DNA from: Enhygromyxa salina
GTDB lineage: Bacteria > Myxococcota_A > Polyangia > Nannocystales > Nannocystaceae
NCBI RefSeq assembly: GCF_002994635.1
Contig: NZ_PVNL01000139.1
Location: 82,055-146,054 of the forward strand
Direction of reading: 5' to 3'
Length of the DNA stretch: 64,000 nt
Shown piece after piece: positions 19,504 through 29,237 of the stretch (positions are counted from its first letter, which is position 1; each line of letters begins with the position of its first letter). The notes under the pieces are model-generated. The model saw only the letters and a list, made by a program, of their open reading frames with translations, had not been told where the DNA came from and did no database searches. The translations under genes were made by a program, and so were the position numbers.

Positions 19504-20939
19504 ACCGATCCAGGACACCCCGCCCCCACGTCGTCGTCGTCGACGATGACTGCGATCACTGCGTGCTCTTGGCCCTACGCCTCGAGCACCACGGCTATCG
19601 CGTGACGACCGAGCAGACCGCTCGGGCGGCGCTCGAGGTGCTCGAGCGCGAGATCGTCGACGCGATGATCGTGGACGTTCGGCTCGATCAGGAGGACGGC
19701 CTCGACCTGCTCGTCAACATCCAGTGCCGGTCCCTCGACTTGCCGGTGATCATGCTGACCGCGCACGGCAGCATCGAGACTGCAGTCGAGGCCATGAAGC
19801 GCGGTGCCTATGGGTTCTTGACCAAGCCCTTCGACGATCACGAGCTGCTACAGAAGCTCGAGCACGCGGTCGAGCGCATCCAGCTGCGCCGCGAGGTCGC
19901 GGGGCTCCGGCGGATCGTCGGGTCGTCGGGTTCGGAGCCGCGGTTGCTGGGGGCTAGCGCACAGATCACGGCGGTCCGCGACATCATCGCCCGGATCGCC
20001 AGCGCCGACGCGACGGTCCTCGTTCTCGGTGAGTCGGGGACCGGCAAGGAGGTCGCCGCGCGATGCATTCACGCGCTGTCGAGCCGCCGCGACGCGCCCT
20101 TCATCGCGATCAACTGCGGGGCACTCCCGGCCGATCTGCTCGAGAGCGAGCTGTTTGGTCACAAGCGTGGAGCGTTCACGGGCGCGGTCCAGGACAAGCT
20201 CGGGCTGTTTGGCGCCGCGCACCAGGGGACCATGCTGCTCGACGAGATCGGAGACGCGCCTGCCTCGGTCCAGGTCAAGCTGCTGCGGGTGCTGCAAGAG
20301 CGCAGCTACCTGCCGGTCGGCGCGTCGACGCCAGTCAAGACCGATGTTCGGGTCATCGCCGCCACCAACCGTGACATCCGCAGTGACGTCGCCGAGGGTC
20401 GGTTCCGCGAGGACTTGTTTTACCGGCTGCACGTGGTCCCGCTCGCGATGCCACCGCTGCGCGAGCGGCCCGAGGACATCCCCTTGCTCGCCGAGCTGTT
20501 CTTGAGCCAGACCTCGGCCAAGCACGGCCTGACCACACCGCACCTGAGCCACGATGCGCTGCAGCTGCTGCTCGCCCACCCGTGGCCGGGCAACGTGCGC
20601 GAGCTCGCGAACGTCATTGAGGGCGCGACGTTGCTGACCACCGACGGGGTGCTGCGTACCCACCACGTGTTCGCAGTCTTGCCGCATCCCAGCTTGACCG
20701 AGCTCGCGTCCCGGCGCCCGCCGCCGACCCTCGATCTCCCCCAGGTGCTGTTGGGGGTCGAGGAACTCCCGCCCATGCGCGAAGCTCGGGAACGGTTTGA
20801 CCGCGCCTACCTGAGCGAGGCGCTGCGCCGCGCCGCCGGAAATGTGAGCGCCGCAGCCAAGGTCGCCGGCCGCAACCGCACCGATTTTCACGACCTGCTT
20901 CGGCGCCACGGCATCGAGGCCAGCGAGTTTCGACCCTGA
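19500..20939 (+). CDS. Sigma-54-dependent response regulator (NtrC family: receiver + AAA+ + Fis-type HTH)
   Basis: The receiver reads HVVVVDDD...MIVDVRLDQEDG. The sigma-54 interaction domain has GESGTGKE (Walker A), ESELFGHKRGAFTGA (GAFTGA), PWPGNVREL and a C-terminal HTH. Confidence 0.9.
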   Translation: MNRSRTPRPHVVVVDDDCDHCVLLALRLEHHGYRVTTEQTARAALEVLEREIVDAMIVDVRLDQEDGLDLLVNIQCRSLDLPVIMLTAHGSIETAVEAMKRGAYGFLTKPFDDHELLQKLEHAVERIQLRREVAGLRRIVGSSGSEPRLLGASAQITAVRDIIARIASADATVLVLGESGTGKEVAARCIHALSSRRDAPFIAINCGALPADLLESELFGHKRGAFTGAVQDKLGLFGAAHQGTMLLDEIGDAPASVQVKLLRVLQERSYLPVGASTPVKTDVRVIAATNRDIRSDVAEGRFREDLFYRLHVVPLAMPPLRERPEDIPLLAELFLSQTSAKHGLTTPHLSHDALQLLLAHPWPGNVRELANVIEGATLLTTDGVLRTHHVFAVLPHPSLTELASRRPPPTLDLPQVLLGVEELPPMREARERFDRAYLSEALRRAAGNVSAAAKVAGRNRTDFHDLLRRHGIEASEFRP

Positions 20940-21260
20940 GTCTCCGTGGTCGTGCGTCCGCAGCCGCACGCATCCCGCCGACTTCGGTCAATGAGTGCGC
21001 GAGAACCCCGCGGTCGACAGTGCGATCAAGCTCCAGCTAGATTGGCCACGTCATGACGACGAGCAGCAAGGACCACGAGCAACCCGGACGGTTCGTGACC
21101 TACGAGGACATCCCCGCGCGGCCGAACACCCGTTTTACGAGGCACTGGAGGCCGTTGTGACGAAAAATGGTTTTCGACCGCTCCGTCGTGCGCGAGCGTT
21201 TGTCACGAGCGCGCGAGTCTGAGCCCGCACTGACTTCGCGGTAGCTGAAGAGTGCTCACG

Positions 21261-21764
21261 ATGAAAACCAAAGGCACATTGCATCTCATTGTCGGACCTG
21301 TCGGAGCGGGAAAGAGCACGTTTGCCCGTCGAAGCACGGCACGACATGGTGGGGTTTTTCTGGATCTCGACTCTTGGATGGTGCGGCTCTACGGCGCGGA
21401 CACGCGTCCCCCAGAAGATGTGCTTGCCTGGTATCTAGAGCGCCGCGAGCGTTGTCGAGGAATGGTTTGGGACACTTCGCTGGACATTCTCGCGTCCGGC
21501 ACCGATGTCTTTCTCGAGCTCGGTCTCGTGTCGGCTGTGGAACGCGAGATGTACTACGCGAAGGCGCGGGATGAGGATCTCGAGCCCGTGGTCTATCTGC
21601 TCGACGCACCGAGGGACGTGAGGCGTGAGCGCGTGGCTCAGCGCAACGCCTCGGCGGGAGCTCACACCCAAATCGTGCCGATGGAGCTGTTCGAACGCGC
21701 CTCCGATGCCTGGGATCCCCCATCGGAAGCGGAGCGGAAGGCTCTCCGCATGATCGACGTCTAG
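21261..21764 (+). CDS. P-loop NTPase, predicted small kinase (AAA_33-like)
   Basis: MKTKGTLHLIVGPVGAGKST (Walker A). The gene has locally lower GC at its 5' end and upstream. Confidence 0.7.
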   Translation: MKTKGTLHLIVGPVGAGKSTFARRSTARHGGVFLDLDSWMVRLYGADTRPPEDVLAWYLERRERCRGMVWDTSLDILASGTDVFLELGLVSAVEREMYYAKARDEDLEPVVYLLDAPRDVRRERVAQRNASAGAHTQIVPMELFERASDAWDPPSEAERKALRMIDV

Positions 21765-21770
21765 TTCAGT

Positions 21771-21805
21771 CACGGCCACGCGCGCTTGGCAGACGGGTGG
21801 CCGTG
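21771..21805. terminator. Hairpin between convergent genes (bidirectional terminator candidate)
   Basis: A perfect 9-bp inverted repeat, CACGGCCAC-(17 nt)-GTGGCCGTG, lies immediately after the kinase stop and before the Kelch gene's 3' end. There is no obvious U-tract. Confidence 0.35.
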
Positions 21806-21852
21806 CCATGTAGCAGCACAGTCGCTCGGGGTGCTCGCGCTCGCCGCCAGCT

Positions 21853-23907
21853 TCAGGTCTCGCCGACGCGGATCAGCGCGACCTTGGCCTGCGACACGCC
21901 TTCAAAGTGCGCCGAGAACAACAACAAGCGCCCGTTGAACTCGAACGCCCGCAGGTGCTTCGGCGGCAAGGGGATCTCGTCGAGGACGGTCGTCCACTGA
22001 TCCCCACGAGGGTCGTAGCGCAAGACCTCGAGGTTCGGCTCGAGCCCGGCGTCACCCATCTTCGAGCCGCCAACGAGGTACAGCGCCTCACCGATCACCA
22101 CGAGCTGGGCCGAGAGCAACTGCGACGGCGGACAGCTGAAGCTCGACCAACTCTTGGTCGCGAACTCGAAGGCATCGCAAGTCGTGACGGGCGCAAAGTC
22201 ACCGTGCATGCCGCCGACCATGTAGTAACGCCCGTCGAGCACCGCGCCTCCGAACGCCCGGCGCGGCGACGGGAGGGTGACCCCGCTGGGCTCGAAGCTG
22301 GCGCTGGGGTCGTCGGCTGGCGCGACCAAGACATCGGTGCGGTGATCAAAGGCGGTGTCGCCCTCGCGCGCCGGGTCGTAGTCGAGGCCACCAAACACCC
22401 ACAGCTCGCCGCCGTGGGCGGCCAGTCCAAACTGGCTGCGGGTCCCCTTTATCGCGCCCGGCCGCTCGGTCCAGGCGTCGGTGGCAAAGTTGTACTGGTA
22501 GGCGTCGCCGTGCGTGCGCGCGCTCTCGCCATCGTGACCAAAGCCGCCGACCGCGAGCAGGCTGTCGCCAACCATGACTGTCTGCATGGTCTGCCGACGC
22601 ACGGGCAGCGGCGCGATCTCGGACCAGGTCATGGACGGGAGGTGAAGTCGAAAGCCCTCATCCAGGAAGTCTTCGGCCCCAAAGTCATGCTGCTCGATGC
22701 TGCGGTTGCCCCCAAACAAATACAGCGCATCCCCAGCCACGACCATGCCCATCCTATTCTTGGCCTGCGCGGGGCTGTCGATCCGCCACACACCCAGGAT
22801 CGGGTTTGGGTTCGGGTCATTGATGGCCACACGCTCGACCTGGCGGGTCCGGGCGTCCTTGCTCATGCCGTGAATGCCACCCACGGCAAGCAGCTGGCCT
22901 TCGGTCTCGACGATCTGATGAAAGAAGCGAGGGAAGCTCAAGCTGCCTGCGCGGACCCACTGCTCGGCACCGGGCGCGAGACCGTAGATCACGCCGTCGT
23001 CACCGGATGCGAAGACCGTGTCACCGACGGCCGCCGCCGCCAGCCCGAACGCCGAACCCGGAAAATCGGGGCCCCGCGACCAGCTGCCGGTCGACGGATC
23101 ATAGATATTGACCTCCGCGCTGATGCTGCGCGTGTCGTCCATGCCGCCGAGCGCGTACAGCTTGCCGCCAGCGGCAGCGACCCCGAGCGCGCGGCGACGA
23201 AACGGCGCAGCAAACGACTTCCAGGACGGCGTGGCTTCGCTCATGTCGAGCGAGAGCGCCTGATCTCGAAACACACCCGAGTCACTGTCGCCGTCGAGCG
23301 CCCAGCCCCCGAGCACGTAGATGACCTGATCGATCACCGCGATCTCGTGCGACGAACGCGGCTGGGGCAGCGGCGGTCCTTGGGTCCAAGTTCCGGTGTC
23401 TGGCTGGTAGAACGCGACCTCGGCGAGCGAGCGCATGTCGGCGGGCTGGCCGGGATCATTGTGGATCCGCATGCCCCCCACACGAACGATCTGACCATTG
23501 ACGGCATCGAGGGCCACAGACTGCAGGGCCACGACTTCGCCGAGCGTCTCCCACTCCCGGGCCCCGGCGGACAAGCGCAGGAAGCCACTGGACTGCCCAG
23601 TGTTGTCGTAGCGGTGGGGCGTACCTTGGTAACCGCCGAGCACATAGACGTCGTCGCCAAGGTTGGTCGCACCAAAGCTCGTCACCCCCTCGGGCAACAG
23701 CGGCGGACCCTGCTCCGCGTCGACCTTCCACGCTGGCGAGGGCGCGGGCGCGTCGGCTTGGGCGGTCGGCGCGACCACGTTGGCGGCCTCTCGCTCGGTC
23801 GCCGCGCAGCCGAGCAGCAGGCATACGAGGTACAAAGATGGCGTTTGCCACGAGCGAGGATTGTTGGGTGTGTTCACGGCGTCTCCTGAATCGTCCGTCG
23901 AGCTCAT
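21853..23907 (-). CDS. Kelch-repeat lipoprotein (multi-blade beta-propeller)
   Basis: Lipobox LLLGCAA. There are at least ten Kelch-like blades with recurring (V/L)YxxGG... and W...P.PRS motifs. Confidence 0.8.
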   Translation of the reverse strand: MSSTDDSGDAVNTPNNPRSWQTPSLYLVCLLLGCAATEREAANVVAPTAQADAPAPSPAWKVDAEQGPPLLPEGVTSFGATNLGDDVYVLGGYQGTPHRYDNTGQSSGFLRLSAGAREWETLGEVVALQSVALDAVNGQIVRVGGMRIHNDPGQPADMRSLAEVAFYQPDTGTWTQGPPLPQPRSSHEIAVIDQVIYVLGGWALDGDSDSGVFRDQALSLDMSEATPSWKSFAAPFRRRALGVAAAGGKLYALGGMDDTRSISAEVNIYDPSTGSWSRGPDFPGSAFGLAAAAVGDTVFASGDDGVIYGLAPGAEQWVRAGSLSFPRFFHQIVETEGQLLAVGGIHGMSKDARTRQVERVAINDPNPNPILGVWRIDSPAQAKNRMGMVVAGDALYLFGGNRSIEQHDFGAEDFLDEGFRLHLPSMTWSEIAPLPVRRQTMQTVMVGDSLLAVGGFGHDGESARTHGDAYQYNFATDAWTERPGAIKGTRSQFGLAAHGGELWVFGGLDYDPAREGDTAFDHRTDVLVAPADDPSASFEPSGVTLPSPRRAFGGAVLDGRYYMVGGMHGDFAPVTTCDAFEFATKSWSSFSCPPSQLLSAQLVVIGEALYLVGGSKMGDAGLEPNLEVLRYDPRGDQWTTVLDEIPLPPKHLRAFEFNGRLLLFSAHFEGVSQAKVALIRVGET

Positions 23908-24190
23908 CTTGGAAAACGAAAAATGTTCATATTGACGATTCGGTCGTCGCCATTCCCAATCACAGCGCACGCGCCGGCTCGATTTGAGGTCGTGGTCGCG
24001 GACCCACGAGCCCTGCCTTCGGGTCCGTCGCCAGGTGGTGCGCAGTTACCGTCGTCCGCGTGGCGAGCGAACGCAGGACCTGTTACCACAACTGAAAACG
24101 GTATTCAAAATCGTACTTGAGAGATTGCTCGCGTGGAATTTTCTGGCCAGATACTTAAATTCCTCAATAATTTAATTGAAAATCAATTTC

Positions 24191-25006
24191 ATGATCATTT
24201 TAAAGCAAGCGCTGATCACGCTCATCGCGGTCACCACGTGCCTCGCTTGCGAGAGCTCGGGCGACGAGATGAGCGAAGAGACGACCGGCGATGCCGACAC
24301 CAGCGGCGACGGCGACGGCGATCCAACTGGTGACGGCGACGGCGATCCAGCTGGCGACGGCGACGGCGATCCAGGCGAGCTCATCTGCGAAGACGCGCTG
24401 ATCTTGGATCTCTCCCTGCAAGAGAAGGTCGCCGAGGGAGCGGTGTCCTCCACCGAGGACGGCGACGACTGGCTCAGCTCCGTCGACGCCTCCGCTGGCG
24501 GGACCATGGCCGCGGCGATGAACCCGTGGGTCTACATGCGCTTCGGCGACGCGGGCCTCGAGAAGGTCGAGATTGATGACTACGCCGCGCTGAGCTCGGA
24601 CGCCTGGGACATCGCGGCCAAGCGCTTTGGGATCCGGGCAAACAGCGGAAACTCGGGGCCTGGCATGGTGGGAGTCGCGGCCGCCGCGGGCAGCTACGCC
24701 GACGTCGACGTCGCCCCCGATCCGAGCAGCTTTGCGATCGAAGACTTCTACACCGACGACTGCGTGTTGATCGAAGACATGTCTGGGCTCCCGGGCAACC
24801 CGGCCTACGCGATGGCGAACTGGTGGGGCTACGCGGGCTGCGTGACGACCTCGAACCAGGTGTTTGTGCTGTCGCTGCCCGACGACCGCATGGTCAAGCT
24901 GACGGTCGAGGCTTACTACGCCGAGGGCCAGGCCGCGTGCAACGAGAACGGGACCATGGGCTCGGGTTCGGCTGAGATGACCTGGCGCTGGCGGTTCTTG
25001 GAATGA
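24191..25006 (+). CDS. HmuY-family lipoprotein with a DGDGDP acidic linker
   Basis: The start is trimmed to the ATG at 24191 (MIILKQALITLIAVTTCLAC; the track start at 24176 is a TTG). The linker has three copies of GDGDGDP. The C-domain has HmuY-like motifs: AWDIAAKRFGIRANSGNSGPG and VKLTVEAYYAEG. Its stop overlaps the next start as ATGA. Confidence 0.7.
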   Translation: MIILKQALITLIAVTTCLACESSGDEMSEETTGDADTSGDGDGDPTGDGDGDPAGDGDGDPGELICEDALILDLSLQEKVAEGAVSSTEDGDDWLSSVDASAGGTMAAAMNPWVYMRFGDAGLEKVEIDDYAALSSDAWDIAAKRFGIRANSGNSGPGMVGVAAAAGSYADVDVAPDPSSFAIEDFYTDDCVLIEDMSGLPGNPAYAMANWWGYAGCVTTSNQVFVLSLPDDRMVKLTVEAYYAEGQAACNENGTMGSGSAEMTWRWRFLE

Positions 25007-25665
25007 CGATCATCGCCACGCGCGCGATCCTCGATGCGCCTACCTATGCGCGAGTCCGCGACGAGCGGCTCCGCGAGCTGATCGAGCACAAGGCCCCGCG
25101 TCGTGTCGAACTGGGCAGCTACATCGGGCTGTTGTTCGAGAGCGACGCGACTGTGATCGGCCAGATCCAAGAGGTCGTCCACGTCGAGAACAAGCGCCAT
25201 CCGGCCCAGATCCGCAGTGAGATCGACGAGTACGCCTGCCTGCTGCCGGGGCCCGGGCTGCTGACGGCGACCCTCATGGTCCACGCGGGCGGGCCGGCGA
25301 TCGGGGCGACCTTGTCGTCGGAGGTGCACGCCAACTTTGGGGTCGTCAGCCTCGAGATCGGCGAACGGTCCAGCCCCTGCCACGTTCTGCGTCCCGACGA
25401 CGCTGGGCCCGCCGCGGTTCACTACATTGGGTTTGCGGTGGGCCGGTCAGCGATCGAGGCGCTGCGTGATGGGCTCCCGGCGTTCCTCTGTCTGCGCTCG
25501 AGCGTCGAGTCACTACGCTCGCCGCTCGCCGCACCGTTGCGCGCGGCGCTGCTCGCAACCCTCGTCCACCATGATCGAGCGTCCACCAACATCCGCGCTC
25601 GCTCGATCCCTCAAACAAACACCGTAACAAGCACCCAAAAGGACACACAATGCCCAACTTGGTAG
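25003..25665 (+). CDS. Hypothetical protein (possibly DUF3501-like), translationally coupled between the HmuY-like gene and the peroxiredoxin
   Basis: An in-operon ORF with good high-GC codon usage. There are ATGA and 16-nt overlaps with the flanking genes. Confidence 0.55.
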   Translation: MTIIATRAILDAPTYARVRDERLRELIEHKAPRRVELGSYIGLLFESDATVIGQIQEVVHVENKRHPAQIRSEIDEYACLLPGPGLLTATLMVHAGGPAIGATLSSEVHANFGVVSLEIGERSSPCHVLRPDDAGPAAVHYIGFAVGRSAIEALRDGLPAFLCLRSSVESLRSPLAAPLRAALLATLVHHDRASTNIRARSIPQTNTVTSTQKDTQCPTW

Positions 25666-26252
25666 GTCACCCCGCACCCGACTTCAGCTGCTCCGCCGTC
25701 ATGCCCGACGGGACGATCAACGAGGCGTTTCGGTTCGCCGATGCGATCGAGTCAAAGTACGCGCTCTTGTTCTTCTATCCGCTCGACTTCACGTTTGTTT
25801 GCCCATCGGAGTTGATCGCGCTCGATCGTCGGATCGAGCAATTCCAGGCCCGGAACGTCGAGGTCGTCGGGATCTCGGTCGACTCCGTGTTCACGCACAA
25901 CGCCTGGCGCAACACGCCGACCAGCGAGGGCGGGATCGGTCCGGTCCGCTACACCCTGGCCGCGGATCTGACCCACACGATCGCGCGCAGCTATGGGGTC
26001 GAGACCGCGGACGGGGTGGCCCTGCGCGCTGCGATCATCATCGACAAGACCGGCGTGGTCCGCAGCGCGACGATCAACGATCTGCCGCTCGGCCGAAACA
26101 TCGATGAGCTGATCCGGCTGATCGACGCCCTGCAATTCCATGAAGAACACGGCGACGTGTGTCCAGCCAACTGGCGGAAGGGCGACCAGGGCATGACAGC
26201 GTCCGCTGAGGGGGTCTCTGCGTATCTGGCCGAGCACGCCGGCTCCCTGTGA
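25650..26252 (+). CDS. ahpC: Typical 2-Cys peroxiredoxin (AhpC/Prx1 family)
   Basis: FFYPLDFTFVCPSELIA (the peroxidatic Cys motif), and a C-terminal resolving Cys in the GDVCPANW context. Confidence 0.9.
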   Translation: MPNLVGHPAPDFSCSAVMPDGTINEAFRFADAIESKYALLFFYPLDFTFVCPSELIALDRRIEQFQARNVEVVGISVDSVFTHNAWRNTPTSEGGIGPVRYTLAADLTHTIARSYGVETADGVALRAAIIIDKTGVVRSATINDLPLGRNIDELIRLIDALQFHEEHGDVCPANWRKGDQGMTASAEGVSAYLAEHAGSL

Positions 26253-26294
26253 CCAAGGACGCCGGATCGTGACCGGTGTGCCGGACCATGTCGA

Positions 26295-26325
26295 GGACCG
26301 GGCTCGAGCGTCAGCCACCCGGTCC
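26295..26325. terminator. Hairpin between convergent ahpC and the small minus-strand gene
   Basis: GGACCGGG-(15 nt)-CCCGGTCC inverted repeat. Confidence 0.3.
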
Positions 26326-26346
26326 CGTCCGCGTCGTCTGGTTGGA

Positions 26347-26562
26347 TCAGTGCTGCAACAGGTCGTTGATGTCGATGCCCTCCACCGGGCCATTGATTCG
26401 AGCGCTCGCGCGTGTCAGCACGGTGGCGAGCAGGTCGAGCGCGGACGGGCGCAGCCGCAGGGTGACGGGCCCGACGTCGACATGAACGATTTCACAGGTG
26501 TGACAATACTTGACGCGGTATCCGCGATCGTCGACGAGCAATTCGAGGTCGTGTGGATGCAT
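26347..26562 (-). CDS. Small hypothetical protein (71 aa) downstream in the hmuY/TonB receptor operon
   Basis: ATG start, GC3-rich codon usage, 40 nt downstream of the hmuY stop. It contains a CHTC pair. There is no recognisable family. Confidence 0.4.
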   Translation of the reverse strand: MHPHDLELLVDDRGYRVKYCHTCEIVHVDVGPVTLRLRPSALDLLATVLTRASARINGPVEGIDINDLLQH

Positions 26563-26601
26563 GGTCTGTGATCTCCCTGATTCGTCATTGGATTGATTAA
26601 C

Positions 26602-27204
26602 CTAATTGAGCGCGGCCCAGTCGAAGCTCACAAAGCCCGAGGTCCCCGCGCTGGAGTAGTAGTCGACGAACTGCAGCTTGAACACGGCCCCCTCGCTCGA
26701 CCGGACCAAGTAGACCCGATCTTTCGGGGTCAAAACGTGCGTCATGAAGTCGTAGTCGTACCAGTCTACAAACGCGGTGTCGGGATCCATGTCCTCGTCG
26801 TCACCGTCGGCTTCATCGGTGATCCACTGGACGTCGCTGGGGACTGCAAGGAGCGAGTCGAAGGCTTCGCCGTCGAGAACGGCCACCTCGACCCCGGCGT
26901 CGCCGTGGATACCACCGTCAACGATGACGTCGTACCGACGAAAGCCCAGATCCCACCCGGGATCATCGAGGCTGGTCTCGGTCCCCATATCGAGGTCGAG
27001 ATCGAGGTAGACATGGTCTGCCTCGTCGGTCCCGTCGACCTGGGTGCGTGTCACGCCCTCGCCCTGATCCTCGTGCTCGATCAAGCCCGAGTCCTCGTTG
27101 GCGGCGTCGTCCCCGTCGAGGCCGAGGTCCTCGGCGCAGGCCGGCATCAGGAGAACGCACAGCGAGAGAGCAGCGATGTTGTTGATGTGTCGGAGCGTGA
27201 TCAT
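26602..27204 (-). CDS. hmuY: HmuY-family heme-binding lipoprotein
   Basis: Lipobox LLMPACA. HmuY motifs: GWDLGFRRYDVIVDGGIHGDAG and AVFKLQFVDYY. It lies immediately downstream of the TonB-dependent receptor, 14-nt gap. Confidence 0.75.
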   Translation of the reverse strand: MITLRHINNIAALSLCVLLMPACAEDLGLDGDDAANEDSGLIEHEDQGEGVTRTQVDGTDEADHVYLDLDLDMGTETSLDDPGWDLGFRRYDVIVDGGIHGDAGVEVAVLDGEAFDSLLAVPSDVQWITDEADGDDEDMDPDTAFVDWYDYDFMTHVLTPKDRVYLVRSSEGAVFKLQFVDYYSSAGTSGFVSFDWAALN

Positions 27205-27217
27205 GGGTTTCCTTGGG

Positions 27218-29182
27218 TCAGTACGCGACGCTGAGTCCGGCGTAGAAGCTACGGGGTGCGATCAAGGTGAACTCGGCGTCGCCGGCATCGAGCAGGTTCT
27301 CGGCCCCGACAAACAAGGTCAGGTAGCGGAGCAGCCCCTGGCTCAACCGGGCGTCCACGGTGGCGTAGGCGGGCGCGAGCGCTTGCCCGCTCGCGTCGCC
27401 GTCGTCGCTCGTGTACGGGCGGGGGCTCCACGCGGCCGCGCGGGCGAACAAGCGTGTGCCCCAGCGCCGCTGGTGAAACTCGAAGGCGAGCGCCCCTTGA
27501 TGGCGCGAGCGCCCCACCAACGGCAGGTCGTTGATCTGATCGCGCGCGTCGAGCCAGGTGTAGGAACCGGTCACCATGAAGTGACGCAGGAACTCCACGC
27601 TGGTCTTGGCCTCGACGCCGCGGGTATAGGCGGTCCCAATGTTGACGTAGCCAAACACCTGCAGCCCGTCGGTGTCGGCCTGGGTGACGACGTCGGTCGT
27701 GATCAAGTCACGCAGGCGATTGTCGAACACGCCAAGCCCGAACAGCAGGTGCTCGGTCGGGGTCCAGGTCGCCCCGAGATCCAGCGTCCACGCCTGCTCC
27801 GGTCGCAAGCCCGGGTTCCCGCTGACCCGGTAGCCCACGCCGGGGTTGGCGAACGCCAGGTACATGTCCCGGAAGCTGGGCGCTCGGTAGCCGCGCCCGT
27901 AACCGACACGCAGCATCAGCTGCTCTAGCGGGCGGACCAGGAGCGCGAGGCGACCGGTTGGATAGGTGCCAAAGTGGCTGTCGAAGTCGACCCGGACCGC
28001 GGGCACGAGCATGTAGCGGCCCGACGAGCCGGGCGACCACTCGTCTTGGGCAAACAACGCGAAGCGCTGGCGCTCGATCGTGCTGCTGCCCTGCTCGTCC
28101 ATGACCCGCGAGGTCTCGAGCCACTCGAGCTGAAGGTCCACGCCCGTGGTCACGAGGTGGTGGCCCGCGACCTGCTCGAGCTGGACACCGATCTGGCCGA
28201 TGTGATCGTTGGTCGGCTGGTACTGGTCGAGCGCATCGTCGCCGCGCTGGTCTTGGCGAAACTGGTCGCGGAAGAAGTTGTGGTGGGCGACGACCTCGAG
28301 CTGGTTGTTCGCGCCGCGCCACGCCCCACGCAGCGTCGTGTTGCTGGTCTCGGTCAGGTTGCGGCGGTCGATGATCGCCCCCGAGCTGGTCACATCGACG
28401 CCGCTCGAGCTGCGCCGGAGGTAGTCCCCGCTGACGCGCAAGCGCAGCGGCGCGACTGGTTCGAAGCGCGCGCCCACGCCCACGTTCCACGAGCCAAAGC
28501 CGTCGCCCGTGGTGCCGATGTCGCTGGGATCCGCGTCCCAACCGTCGCTGCGGTGGTAGCCGCCCGAGCCGCTGAGCCCCCACCTGCGCCCGCCTCCCGC
28601 GACCCGAGCGCTGGCGTCCACGGTCGTTCGGCTGGCGTACGAGGCCCGGCCTTCGACCTCGACCCCGGGCTCCGGTGTGCGCGTGACGATGTTGACCACG
28701 CCACCGAGCGCGTCGGCGCCGTAGAGCACCGAGCCGGCGCCCTGGACCACCTCGATGCGCTCGACGTTCTCGACGTTGAAGCGGCGCAGATCGATCGCGC
28801 CCCCGATCCGCCCGGTCACCCGCTGGCCGTCGACGAGGATCAACACCTGCTCGGCGTCGAGCCCACGCAGACGCAGTGAAGTACCGTTGAAGCCCGTCGA
28901 GGTCTGGACGCTCGAGCCCGACTCCTCGAGCGCGTCCGCGACGTTGCGGGCCCCCGAGCCGACGATCTCTTCACGTGTGATGACCTCGGTGGCGACCGGC
29001 GCCGTCGCAGCGTCGTGCTCGGTGCGGGTGCCCGTCGACACCACGATGACGCGCTCGTCCTCGCTCGCCTCGCCCGAGACCTCGTCGCCCGGGCGGACCC
29101 ACTCGGGCACCCGCGCTTGCTGGGGACCAGCGAACAGTCGGGGCACGAGGAGAACGCAGAACATGGCTGGACCGGCCCACAT
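27218..29182 (-). CDS. TonB-dependent outer membrane receptor (heme/iron type, HmuR-like)
   Basis: Signal peptide. The plug domain has TonB-box-like VIVVSTG, then GxxLRLRG...VEVVQGAGSVLYGADALGGVVNIVT. The C-terminus has the 22-strand barrel, ending with an aromatic residue (AGLSVAY). Confidence 0.85.
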   Translation of the reverse strand: MWAGPAMFCVLLVPRLFAGPQQARVPEWVRPGDEVSGEASEDERVIVVSTGTRTEHDAATAPVATEVITREEIVGSGARNVADALEESGSSVQTSTGFNGTSLRLRGLDAEQVLILVDGQRVTGRIGGAIDLRRFNVENVERIEVVQGAGSVLYGADALGGVVNIVTRTPEPGVEVEGRASYASRTTVDASARVAGGGRRWGLSGSGGYHRSDGWDADPSDIGTTGDGFGSWNVGVGARFEPVAPLRLRVSGDYLRRSSSGVDVTSSGAIIDRRNLTETSNTTLRGAWRGANNQLEVVAHHNFFRDQFRQDQRGDDALDQYQPTNDHIGQIGVQLEQVAGHHLVTTGVDLQLEWLETSRVMDEQGSSTIERQRFALFAQDEWSPGSSGRYMLVPAVRVDFDSHFGTYPTGRLALLVRPLEQLMLRVGYGRGYRAPSFRDMYLAFANPGVGYRVSGNPGLRPEQAWTLDLGATWTPTEHLLFGLGVFDNRLRDLITTDVVTQADTDGLQVFGYVNIGTAYTRGVEAKTSVEFLRHFMVTGSYTWLDARDQINDLPLVGRSRHQGALAFEFHQRRWGTRLFARAAAWSPRPYTSDDGDASGQALAPAYATVDARLSQGLLRYLTLFVGAENLLDAGDAEFTLIAPRSFYAGLSVAY

Positions 29183-29203
29183 CAGGGAGCGCTTTGTCTA
29201 GTC

Positions 29204-29237
29204 CAATTGAAAATTAAAGTCAAAATCGAAATATTGG
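29204..29237 (-). promoter_or_regulatory. AT-rich hexamer array (GAAAAT/TAAAGT/CAAAAT/CGAAAT), Fur-box-like, in the receptor/radA divergent promoter region
   Basis: CAATTGAAAATTAAAGTCAAAATCGAAATATTGG lies 22-55 nt upstream of the receptor start. It is four tandem hexamers resembling the Fur NAT(A/T)AT repeat. The surrounding ~130 bp is the most AT-rich stretch in the window. Confidence 0.25.

Noticed and set aside
20995-21222. A 75-aa + ORF and a 35-aa MTTSSKDHEQ... ORF in the NtrC-kinase intergenic region
   Set aside because: Short, low coding potential and no motifs. The region is more likely a lower-GC promoter or untranslated segment.
24174-24186. CAATTGAAAATCAA upstream of the 24191 lipoprotein, as an independent regulatory site
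   Set aside because: It overlaps the RBS/alternative TTG start region. Its similarity to the 29204 motif is limited to 13 nt, in opposite orientation relative to the genes. It is kept only as supporting evidence in the heme-module finding.
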